Source of the DNA: Verrucomicrobiota bacterium
GTDB taxonomy: Bacteria; Verrucomicrobiota; Lentisphaeria; Lentisphaerales; Lentisphaeraceae
Reading direction: 5' to 3'
NCBI GenBank assembly: GCA_039798785.1
Contig: JBDKFG010000004.1
Location: 1-64,000, forward strand
Length of the DNA stretch: 64,000 nt
Shown: positions 56,901-64,000 of the stretch, piece after piece
Layout of the letters: each line of letters opens with the position of its first letter
Position numbering within the stretch: the stretch's first letter is position 1
Notes under the pieces: generated by a model
Databases searched by the model: none
Told to the model about the DNA's origin: nothing
Seen by the model: the letters and a program-made list of their open reading frames with translations, nothing else
Made by a program: the position numbers and the translations under genes

Positions 56901-57383
56901 CGCAGCGTCGAGGCGACCAGCGTCACGCCCTTCTCCCCGCGGGCCCTCGACCGGGCGCTCGCCCCGGCCCTCGTCGGTCTCTGCCGCCAGGGCTTCGCCG
57001 AACTCAATCCCGCCAACGGCGCGGAACGCATCGCCGAATTGCGCACGCGCTTGTCGGAGATGGCCCGCGTCTTCGCCGCCCGCGCCGCTTCACACCGCCA
57101 GATGGAGGCCAAGGAGGCGGCCGAACTCGAACGCAAGGTGCTCAACCAGTGCGAGTCGATCCTCGATGACTGGTGCAAGACGGCGGAGCACTTCGGCAAG
57201 ACCGCCACTCGCCTGCAGTACCAGCAGGAGTCCCACGGACAAGGCCAACGCCTGCTGCGCGACTTCCTCGATCCCGAGCTGAAAAACCTGACGAAGTTCC
57301 AGCAGACCTTCAAGGCCAACCGCTCGATGCGCGACGTCGATGCCGGGGTCGGCATCCTCGTCGATGAAATGAAATCCTGGTAA
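53919..57383 (+). CDS. drmA: DISARM helicase DrmA
   Basis: 'LRLDLVGP', 'PTRWYLCGFL', 'WRPFQLAFIL', 'FFPTGGGKTEAYLG', 'MRYTLRLLTLDQ', 'IQDELHLISGPLGT', 'ATNMISVGLDI', 'YIQSTSRVGR'. Confidence 0.93.
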   Translation: MKSSVEVRQQIEDTLRLDLVGPDNEHPFAKELIPESPTRWYLCGFLMPKDTPAEQRSTADADDEIDSAPVSPNADDAGPMDRGAGGKSLFPASFGLSLLLPEKVKELEVQVDWGDYHFEGEGEAPADDGTEGEGNTPSFEETGGEVREDVKGKNKGFRRHPQTRRFSLKLNGELISHAVPDSGGLRLEGVLRSPQQDWEGEGKLPKGVRSLSLFLVNERDPTPERRYQSAAYQVQMRLRCATGFVPRPDLRDGGDDQDQRIADIQYRDQHEYGVGHGCAVEWEDQDGVCREVRSCWIPRAEVERVEPNEAISGAVLGMEALADLKEPQALASALRPLATAYGSWIEAQASHLKGFSKDQKETAAEMLAAARSARSRMEAGIELLVEDGEAREAFWRANLAMAQANRQRNAQSARCPPAQVKAPQWRPFQLAFILMNLRGLAKPEHDDRERVDLLFFPTGGGKTEAYLGLAAFNIVLRRLRHQGGVRGCGMTVLMRYTLRLLTLDQLGRASGLVCALELQRRDLESRGLPATLGTWPFEIGLWVGSAATPNRLGHQGYNGPGADETAHIKASRFNRDSKRHQPPVPMMACPWCGTEFNEHTFRMFPNAKTPSRLNIHCVNGDCPFSGDHALPLVAVDEPLYRRLPCFVIATVDKFAALPWTGEAGKLFGQVDSYDADGFYGPSEPKPKNGKMLDGPLPPPELIIQDELHLISGPLGTIAGLYETTIEELCRRPAPGWKPKIIASTATVRRAQAQIQALFGRAESPIFPPPGLNRRDSFFALTRPAEDVPARLYLGIAAQGRSFKVVLMRSYLCLLGAAMKAYNENRSAKDNPADPYMTLLGYFNSLRELGGSRRIVEDEVRSRLALYARKRRLDPEDKGLFDPRALDKVVQELTSRVKTHEVAATKDALAKPAAAPDSVPVALATNMISVGLDITRLGLMVVLGQPKTSSEYIQSTSRVGRDARKPGLVLTLLNLHRPRDRSHYERFGAYHASFYRSVEATSVTPFSPRALDRALAPALVGLCRQGFAELNPANGAERIAELRTRLSEMARVFAARAASHRQMEAKEAAELERKVLNQCESILDDWCKTAEHFGKTATRLQYQQESHGQGQRLLRDFLDPELKNLTKFQQTFKANRSMRDVDAGVGILVDEMKSW

Positions 57384-57396
57384 GATCGGACGCATC

Positions 57397-59208
57397 ATGG
57401 ACAAACTCTCCAGCCAGCAAATGATCCTCTCCTTCGGTCCCGGAGCGATGGTCGACCTGCCCGATTCCTCGGTCCTCATCTCAGGCCTCGATTCCTGGCG
57501 CTACCCCAAGGACAACCTGCCGATCATCAAGGAGGAACGTCTCCTGGCGACGCTGAAAGCGGTGTTGAAACGCCCGGATCTCGATCACATGCGGGCGCCG
57601 CCGCGTTTCGACGACAGCCGCAGTCCCGCGGGTCAGGCCTCAGTCGGCTCGGCGGTCCACGCCCGGCGCTTCCCCAATTGGTTCGTGGTCCAGAACGAAG
57701 TGCCGCACAAGAACGCCCGTCGACGTCGCCTCGTCCACTTCAACGATCTGCAAGGCGGGGAGTTCCGCGATCCCAGCGACGACAAGAAGCGCAAGTTCCC
57801 GGTCGTCCCGGTCCGCTTCGTCCGCGCCTGCCCGAAAGGGCACATCGGCGACATCGACTGGGTCGCCCTGGTCCACCAGGAGAAATGCAGCAGCTTCCCC
57901 GAGCTCTGGCTCGAGGAGCGCGGCACTTCGGGCGAGATGGACCAGATCACCATCCTCTGCGCTAACTGCAAACAGCACCGCGAGATGGCCCGCCTCGTCC
58001 GGGGCGATGCCAAGGTGCTGGGCTTCTGCGATGGCGCCCGCCCCTGGCTCGGACCTCATGCCCGCGAGGAATGCCATCAGCCCAGCCGGCTCTTGGTGCG
58101 CAGCGCCACCAACACTTACTTCCCGGCGCATCTCTCGGTGATCTCCATCCCCGATGCCCGCGGCCCAGCCGACGAAGCGGTCGCGGCCTTGTGGGAGGAC
58201 TTCCTCTCTGACGTCGAGAGCGAAGCCGAACTGGCCAAGGTTCGCAAGAAACCCAGCGTCGCCAACCGCCTCAGCGGCCTCGAGGACGGCGAAGTGTTCC
58301 AGGCGATTGAACGCAAGCGCTCCGGCGGCGAGGACTACGGCAACGTCAAGGAGTTGGAATTCGAAGCCTTCACCCAAAGCCGCCCAGGCCTCGGCGAGGA
58401 TGCGCCCGATGGCGACTTCTACGCCCGTCTCCTGCCGAAGAAGGATTGGGAAGCGCCCTGGACCCGCAGCCTGGAGAAAGTCGTCCTCGTCCACCGTCTG
58501 CGCGAGGTCAACGCCTTGGTCGGCTTCACCCGCTTGGAAGCGCCCTCGCAGGACGTCAAGGGCGGGCTCGAGGTGGACGTGCAGCGAGCCGAGATCTCCA
58601 CTGAAGCGCGCTGGCTGCCGGCGATCGAGAACCGCGGCGAAGGGATCTTCCTGCAGTTCAAGGCCGCCGACATCGAGAGCTGGAAGGAACGCTCGCAGGT
58701 TTACCAACGGGGCTCGCTCCTCGCCGGCGCCTACGTAAAAGCCCTCGCCGCGCGTGGCGGTAAAGGCCCGGAATTCCCCGGCCTGCCGGTCTATCTGCTG
58801 CACAGCCTGTCGCACATCCTGATGACCCAGCTCTCTCTCGACTGCGGCTATCCCGCATCGTCGCTGAAAGAGCGCCTCTACTGCCTGCCCGGCGGACGCT
58901 ATGGCATCCTCATCTTCACCGCTTCCGGCGATGCCCAGGGCACCCTCGGCGGCTTGGTCGAGGCGGGCCGCGACATCCGCCGCCATCTTCGCGCCGCCCT
59001 CGACACCGCCCGGCTCTGTTCCAATGACCCGGTCTGCTCGCATCACCACCCGCAAGCGGAGCACGGTCCGATGCACGGTGCCGCCTGCCACGGCTGCCTG
59101 CTCATCGCCGAGACCTCTTGCGAACTCCGCAACCTCTACCTCGACCGCTGCCTGCTCGTCCCCACTCTCGGCGCCAGCGGCGTCGCCTTCTTCACCGGGG
59201 ATTTGTGA
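57397..59208 (+). CDS. drmB: DISARM DUF1998 protein DrmB
   Basis: 'SQQMILSFGPGAMVDLP', 'RFVRACPKGH', 'LHSLSH', 'GTLGGL', 'CSNDPVC...AACHGCLLIAETSCE..N..LDR'. Confidence 0.93.
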   Translation: MDKLSSQQMILSFGPGAMVDLPDSSVLISGLDSWRYPKDNLPIIKEERLLATLKAVLKRPDLDHMRAPPRFDDSRSPAGQASVGSAVHARRFPNWFVVQNEVPHKNARRRRLVHFNDLQGGEFRDPSDDKKRKFPVVPVRFVRACPKGHIGDIDWVALVHQEKCSSFPELWLEERGTSGEMDQITILCANCKQHREMARLVRGDAKVLGFCDGARPWLGPHAREECHQPSRLLVRSATNTYFPAHLSVISIPDARGPADEAVAALWEDFLSDVESEAELAKVRKKPSVANRLSGLEDGEVFQAIERKRSGGEDYGNVKELEFEAFTQSRPGLGEDAPDGDFYARLLPKKDWEAPWTRSLEKVVLVHRLREVNALVGFTRLEAPSQDVKGGLEVDVQRAEISTEARWLPAIENRGEGIFLQFKAADIESWKERSQVYQRGSLLAGAYVKALAARGGKGPEFPGLPVYLLHSLSHILMTQLSLDCGYPASSLKERLYCLPGGRYGILIFTASGDAQGTLGGLVEAGRDIRRHLRAALDTARLCSNDPVCSHHHPQAEHGPMHGAACHGCLLIAETSCELRNLYLDRCLLVPTLGASGVAFFTGDL

Positions 59209-59990
59209 TGGAAACCCTGCACCAGCTCAGCGACGCAGCTCTCGACGGGCTCGCCCGGGCCCTCCGCTCGGGCGCCCTGGCGCAAGGATTGGGTCGCCAG
59301 GCGCTGCAAAGTTTTGCCGGACCCAGCCTGGCGCCGCGTCTCCTCGAGGAACTGCGGCAACTGGAGTCCGACGGCTTCGGCCCGGCCCAGCTCGCCGTCT
59401 TGGTCGAAGAAGTCGCCCGGGCCCGCTCGCTCGCCCAGCCGATCCATCACATCCTCGATCTCGTCCTCTCCGGACCCGAGGCCCCGGGGGTGCCGGTGCG
59501 CGACACCTCGGTGGTCTTCAACGAATTGGTCGAAGAAGCCCAGGGCTCGATGCTGATCGCCGGCTACGCCTTCTACCAAGGGAAGGAGATCTTCGCCCGT
59601 CTCGCCGCCAAGCATGACGCCGATCCCGCCTTCGAACTCGATTTCTGCCTCGACATCAGCCGCAAACCGGCCGATAGCAGCCGCTCCGAGGACATCGTCA
59701 CCCGTGCCCGCCTCGACTTCCTCGAGCGCAATTGGCCCGGTCGCCGCCCGCCCCGCCTCTGGCATGATCCGCGTTCGCTCCTGCCCGAGGCCAAGCAACG
59801 CTCCTCGCTGCACGCCAAATGCGTCCTGGTCGACAGCTGCCTCGCCCTGGTCACCTCGGCCAACTTCACCCAGGCCGCCCAGCGCCGCAACATCGAAGCC
59901 GGCCTCATTCTCCGCCACGCCCCCAGCGTCCTGCGCCTGGAGTCGCACTTCCGCCAGTTGATCGAACGCGGTGTGCTGCAGCGGGGCTGA
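59208..59990 (+). CDS. drmC: DISARM phospholipase-D-like nuclease DrmC
   Basis: 'LVLSGPE', HKD motif 'LHAKCVLVD', 'TSANFT..AQRRNIEAG'; ATG overlaps the drmB stop. Confidence 0.92.
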   Translation: METLHQLSDAALDGLARALRSGALAQGLGRQALQSFAGPSLAPRLLEELRQLESDGFGPAQLAVLVEEVARARSLAQPIHHILDLVLSGPEAPGVPVRDTSVVFNELVEEAQGSMLIAGYAFYQGKEIFARLAAKHDADPAFELDFCLDISRKPADSSRSEDIVTRARLDFLERNWPGRRPPRLWHDPRSLLPEAKQRSSLHAKCVLVDSCLALVTSANFTQAAQRRNIEAGLILRHAPSVLRLESHFRQLIERGVLQRG

Positions 59991-60529
59991 CCCAGTGCTT
60001 GTAACACACTTTGTCGACCTTAACAGGCGGGATGTTACGGAGCCGTTTCTTGGTTAGGTCAACCTAATCCGACTCCGCCGGAACCGAAGCCAACCACGAA
60101 AGGCAGGAAAGGCACGAAAGGGAACCGCAGAAGCCGAAATGCAGGGCTGCCGCCCCGCCCCCCGCTCGGGGACTCGTCCCCGAACCCCGTGACTCTCTCG
60201 TCGCTCCGCTCCGGCTGCGACAAACCGTCCTTGCCGGTTTTTCTCAGACTCTTTTCCGGCGCTCCGCTTGACACGAAATCACGTGACAAAAAATGGTCAC
60301 GAGAATCAGGTAAGCGGTCTAAATTCCGCAGCAGCGGAATGGAACCTGGTTGAAAGGCAAACACATGAACACAAGCAACAAGAAAAATAAGTAAGGCCCT
60401 GCGAGCGCCGCAGCCATTGCGGATGTCGAGCCGGTTCAATCCTGATGATCTGCCGCTAGTCGTTGCTGTTTCAGCTCCACTTTTCGGCTCTCCCGGGAAT
60501 TTTGCGGGTTGGCCGCCGCGCTTGCTTGT

Positions 60530-60780
60530 TCGACCCCGAAGCGGGTCGGTGATTTTAGCCCAGGGTTGAGCCGCATCGGCGACACCCTGGGTAAGCGCCA
60601 GTCATGAAAACCGACCCCAAGGGGGTCACGGAAAAGGCGGGAACGAAGGGGGCGCTTCGCTGCCAGCACTCTCGGACCTCCTTGACCCCTTCAGGGTCGA
60701 GATTCCGCACCCTGATGACCCGGGGTGTCGCCGATGCGGCTCAACCCCGGGCTAAAATCTGCCACTCCCTTGGAGTGAAA
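60530..60780. repeat. REP/REPIN-like inverted pair of palindromic repeats
   Basis: 42-bp unit at 60551-60592 and its reverse complement (2 mismatches) at 60718-60759, flanked by gaccc-N-gggtc mini-hairpins. Confidence 0.75.
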
Positions 60781-60902
60781 TCCGCAGCAGGTCACCAAGT
60801 CTACAATCAGGGATTCAACCCACCAACTTCCCGGGAGAGCCCACTTTTCAACCTTCCAACCTTTCAACTGCGGAATTTAGGGTCAAGTGCGTACTTGCGT
60901 GT

Positions 60903-61394
60903 TTACGGGTGGGTCAGCCCCAGCTTGTCGAAGCCGCAGCCGCCTTTGGCGGGGTCGCAGTTCCAGTAGAAGCGCGGGCCGTCCTTGCGCAGCTTGGCTT
61001 CGCGTCGGCAAGCGGGGCAGCTGAAGTCGATCGGGGTGTTGCCCTCGCAGGCGCGGCACTTGAAGTAGTAGCCGTACTTGCCGTATTGGATCTCCAGGTG
61101 GCCCAGCGGCGCCGGGCACTTGCTGCACCCTGGCGACTTTTGCGGACGGATGGTGCTCGGAGTTGCAGGGGCAGGGGCGGCAGTCGCGGGTTTCGCAAGA
61201 GCGGGTGGTGACTGGGGCAGGGGAGCCGCGGCACGGGCAGGGGAGGGGGGAGTCGCGACTGTTGGGGAAGCAGCGACGGCAGGGAGGGGACGCGGCGTGT
61301 GGCGGTCCTTGAGGAACTTGGCGATGCGTTGCAGTTCGGCATCCTTGAAGCTGCGGGGTGCGTCGCTGCGGAAGAGCGAATCTTTCTTGCTCAT
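60903..61394 (-). CDS. Topoisomerase-type C4 zinc-ribbon protein, possibly a 5'-truncated NERD-family gene
   Basis: 'CSKC...YGKYGYYFKCRAC...CPAC...RKDG..FYWNC' after a Pro/Ala linker. Confidence 0.55.
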   Translation of the reverse strand: MSKKDSLFRSDAPRSFKDAELQRIAKFLKDRHTPRPLPAVAASPTVATPPSPARAAAPLPQSPPALAKPATAAPAPATPSTIRPQKSPGCSKCPAPLGHLEIQYGKYGYYFKCRACEGNTPIDFSCPACRREAKLRKDGPRFYWNCDPAKGGCGFDKLGLTHP

Positions 61395-61435
61395 CGCGAC
61401 CAGGCAGTCCCAGTGGAAGTAGTGGTCTTTCGGGG

Positions 61436-62314
61436 TCAGGGTGATTTGAGCTCATCATAGCACCGTAAGAGCTTCTGCACCAATTCATAGGCGCGCCGGG
61501 CCAACATGAGCTGCGAGTCTTCGTCAACGGGGTCGTGAAACTCTACCAGTTGTTGCGGTCCGAAAGACTCGACACGGGCGAATTTCTCCCGGAGGATGGC
61601 GACTGCGGTGTCGATGTTCCCATCCTGCCTGTTCCGCCAGTTCTCGGCAAGGCTTTGAATGCCGTCCGGGTAGCGATCGAGGCAGTAGCACAAGTCGTAG
61701 CTGTCCTTGGGTTTGTCGCGCCCGCCAATGGCATGAGCTTTCATCACCAGGAAATCCGCCAGCGAGGCGACTCGCAAGGTGACGGTGTTGAGGGCGCCTC
61801 GCGCGCTCTTTCCTTCCAATCGGATCGTCTCCGGGTTGAGAAAGGCGACGCTGGCCGCTGCCACTTGCAGGACGCGGAAATCATTCAGCAACTTCGGCTT
61901 GCGCTTCTTCAGCTTCACTTCTTTCGGCGCGAGGAATTCCAACTCGACCTCCACCGGGCGTTCGCCGTCCTTGAGGTCGATGTCGATGAGAAGCTGGAAG
62001 TCTTTGCGGCCATGCCGATAGCGCTTGGTGTCGAGAAGGAGCTGGATCAGCTCGGCGTATCGGCCATCGTTCAGCTTGGAGGCATCCAGGGCCAGATCGA
62101 CATCAATGCTGCCGACGTGAGCCTCGTCTTTCATCGATGCGGGCGGTAAGAGCAGATCTGGCGTCCAGCCACCAACTACCACAAGGCAATCGGCAAAAGA
62201 GGCCAGAACTTGCCCGACATCAACCAAAACGCGACGAGCGGCCTCGGTCTGGCGGGAGGCATAAGCGCTTTGATTTCTCGCGTCGGGGTTCATGGTTTCG
62301 GTCCTCGCTGCCAT
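61436..62314 (-). CDS. Nucleotidyltransferase (AbiEii-like type IV TA toxin)
   Basis: 'VVVGGW', 'HVGSIDVDL', 'FLVMKAHA..GRDKPKDSYDL'. Confidence 0.78.
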   Translation of the reverse strand: MAARTETMNPDARNQSAYASRQTEAARRVLVDVGQVLASFADCLVVVGGWTPDLLLPPASMKDEAHVGSIDVDLALDASKLNDGRYAELIQLLLDTKRYRHGRKDFQLLIDIDLKDGERPVEVELEFLAPKEVKLKKRKPKLLNDFRVLQVAAASVAFLNPETIRLEGKSARGALNTVTLRVASLADFLVMKAHAIGGRDKPKDSYDLCYCLDRYPDGIQSLAENWRNRQDGNIDTAVAILREKFARVESFGPQQLVEFHDPVDEDSQLMLARRAYELVQKLLRCYDELKSP

Positions 62315-63393
62315 TCAGGTTTCAGTCGCTGTTCGAGCAGGGCTTCTGCGGCTTCCGCACCTCGACCGCCGCTGTGCCACAAATCGACATAGGTCTGCAC
62401 GAGGTTGGTACAAGCAAGGGCATCGTTGCCGCCTCGATCGGCGGGGAAGAAGACGCCGTCGTCGTGAGGGATCAGAATGACCAGGTTGTCGCCCGAGTCG
62501 ATGCGTTTCGCCTCGGCCAAGCGCTCCAAATGGGGCAGGTCCTGTTCCCGCAGATAGAGCCAGGTCTTGTTTTGCCGAACGTGCGGGGCTTGTTGCTCCG
62601 CTGCGGAAAAGACGGAGTAGAGGGCATGCCCTTGAGTCGCCTCGGCCAGTGAAGCTAGAGCGCGACGCAGCTTCTCGCCTTGTTGGAGGGTGAAGTAACC
62701 CACGCGACGGTGCTTCTTGAAGCGATAGGCGTCGCGCCAAGCGAAAAGCAGCTTGAGGGGCTCTAGCAAACGAAGACCGCCGTCTTTGTCCTCGCCGATC
62801 AAAGCTTCGTCGCGAAGATGCCGGATCACTTTGTTCACTAGGCCGAGACTCACCTGTGCCCGTTTTTGCAGCTCCCGCTGCGTCCACAATCGCCCCGCGT
62901 GTTCTGGAAGAAGGAGCGCCACGATCACCCGGCCAGTCGATCCGGACCCGAGATGGGTCGTCGGACGCGGCGCTTTCACGGTCGATTCCAGCCCGCTGCG
63001 CTGCAATCGCAGGAGGCCGGGAATGTCGAGGGAGTGATTGCCGGCGAGATCGAACCAGCTCCACCCCCATTGAGCGCACAATTCCGCCATTCGTGGCGAC
63101 ACCCAGGGCATGGCAAGCACCGGCACGATCCATGGGCCTGCAGCTTCGAGGCTAGCGCTTGCGGCACGATATTGCTCCAAGAGCAAGGGGAAGTGGCTGG
63201 GTCGCAGTTCCCGTTTGCATTTGACGAGCAAGGTCGCACGTCCACCTCCTGGCAGCGGGAGTCTGATCAGGAAGTCACTGCTATCCGCTTGAGATTGCAA
63301 TTCCCCTGGAGACAGCCATGGCACGCTCCGCAGCAGATTTTCCAAGGCCAAGGCACAAGCTTGAGTGTGAGTGTCGCTTGTAATTTTGTTCAT
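62290..63393 (-). CDS. AbiEi-like type IV TA antitoxin (wHTH)
   Basis: 'WFDLAGN', 'TQRELQKRAQVSLGLVNKVI..L', 'QTYVDLW..GGRG.EAAE.L'. Confidence 0.78.
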   Translation of the reverse strand: MNKITSDTHTQACALALENLLRSVPWLSPGELQSQADSSDFLIRLPLPGGGRATLLVKCKRELRPSHFPLLLEQYRAASASLEAAGPWIVPVLAMPWVSPRMAELCAQWGWSWFDLAGNHSLDIPGLLRLQRSGLESTVKAPRPTTHLGSGSTGRVIVALLLPEHAGRLWTQRELQKRAQVSLGLVNKVIRHLRDEALIGEDKDGGLRLLEPLKLLFAWRDAYRFKKHRRVGYFTLQQGEKLRRALASLAEATQGHALYSVFSAAEQQAPHVRQNKTWLYLREQDLPHLERLAEAKRIDSGDNLVILIPHDDGVFFPADRGGNDALACTNLVQTYVDLWHSGGRGAEAAEALLEQRLKPEWQRGPKP

Positions 63394-63403
63394 AGAATCA
63401 CCA

Positions 63404-63441
63404 TGTTCATGTTTTCGTGAACAGTAGGTCATTCGTGAACA
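63404..63441. promoter_or_regulatory. Repeated TTCGTGAACA/TGTTCAT boxes upstream of the AbiEi-like gene (autoregulatory operator candidate)
   Basis: ttcgtgaaca at 63414 and 63432, inverted tgttcat just before. Confidence 0.45.
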
Positions 63442-63472
63442 TTGTCAAGAGCAAGCTAAGCGCTCATGCGGC

Positions 63473-64000
63473 TTATGAGCTCCATGATCGGAGGCATGTC
63501 ACGAGCTCCGTGTGGCCAGCATTGGCAGCCAAATCCATCGGCAAGTGACCTTCAGCGTCGTAGATATTTAACTTGGCTCCAGCCTCTAGCAAAAGTTTGA
63601 CGGCCTCTATGTGGCCACCACTGGCAGCCCAGTGAATTGGGGTGCTAAGGTCGGATGCTTGAACATTCACCTTGGCGCCGGCTTTGAGCAGGAGCTTCAA
63701 GCTCTCCGTGTGGCCACCACTGGCAGCCCAATGAATGGGGTGGCGTCCTTCTGAATCTCGAACATTCACTTTGGCACCGGCTTCGAGCAGGAGTTTGACG
63801 AGTTCGGGCTGAGCCGTTGAATCTATGGGGTGACGACCTTCTGCATCCTGGACATTCACCTTGGCACCGGCTTCAATGAGGAGTTTTGCACTCTCAAACG
63901 ACGCACCATGAATGGCCCGTTGGCCATCATGAGTTTGGGCATTCACCTTGGCACCTGCTTCGAGAAGAAGCTTCACAATTTCAATATGCCCGTGCTGGGC
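63473..64000 (-). CDS. Ankyrin-repeat protein (5' end outside the window)
   Basis: Repeated 'PIHWAASGGH.E..KLLLEAGAKVN.QD..G' units. Confidence 0.92.
   Translation of the reverse strand, partial: AQHGHIEIVKLLLEAGAKVNAQTHDGQRAIHGASFESAKLLIEAGAKVNVQDAEGRHPIDSTAQPELVKLLLEAGAKVNVRDSEGRHPIHWAASGGHTESLKLLLKAGAKVNVQASDLSTPIHWAASGGHIEAVKLLLEAGAKLNIYDAEGHLPMDLAANAGHTELVTCLRSWSS

Overview
The window is part of a large, low-copy, probably mobilizable plasmid or an integrated plasmid-like replicon. The ECF sigma type, DUF4838-like protein and GH29 suggest a GC-rich PVC-superphylum host (inference). The backbone comprises ParA/ParB with five palindromic parS-like sites, an iteron origin with a TrfA-like Rep, a serine resolvase, and an oriT-like region with a small accessory protein and a HUH relaxase. 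Cargo includes a fucosidase/DUF4838/ECF-sigma carbohydrate module, an assimilatory nitrate/nitrite cluster bracketed by diverged duplicated metallophosphoesterase DNA and a Tn3 remnant, a large mosaic surface protein and a Fic protein. Defence genes are a type I-E Cascade-Cas3 operon without cas1/cas2 but with a leaderless 3-repeat mini-array, DISARM drmABC without an adjacent methylase or drmD/E, and an AbiE-like pair. An IS110 element is present whose non-coding left end visibly contains guide-like matches to its own donor junction and target site. The most unexplained feature is a ~2 kb non-coding array (48.5-50.5 kb) of at least 14 units of ~118 bp, each with two conserved motifs separated by variable segments, lying between the resolvase and the oriT/relaxase region.
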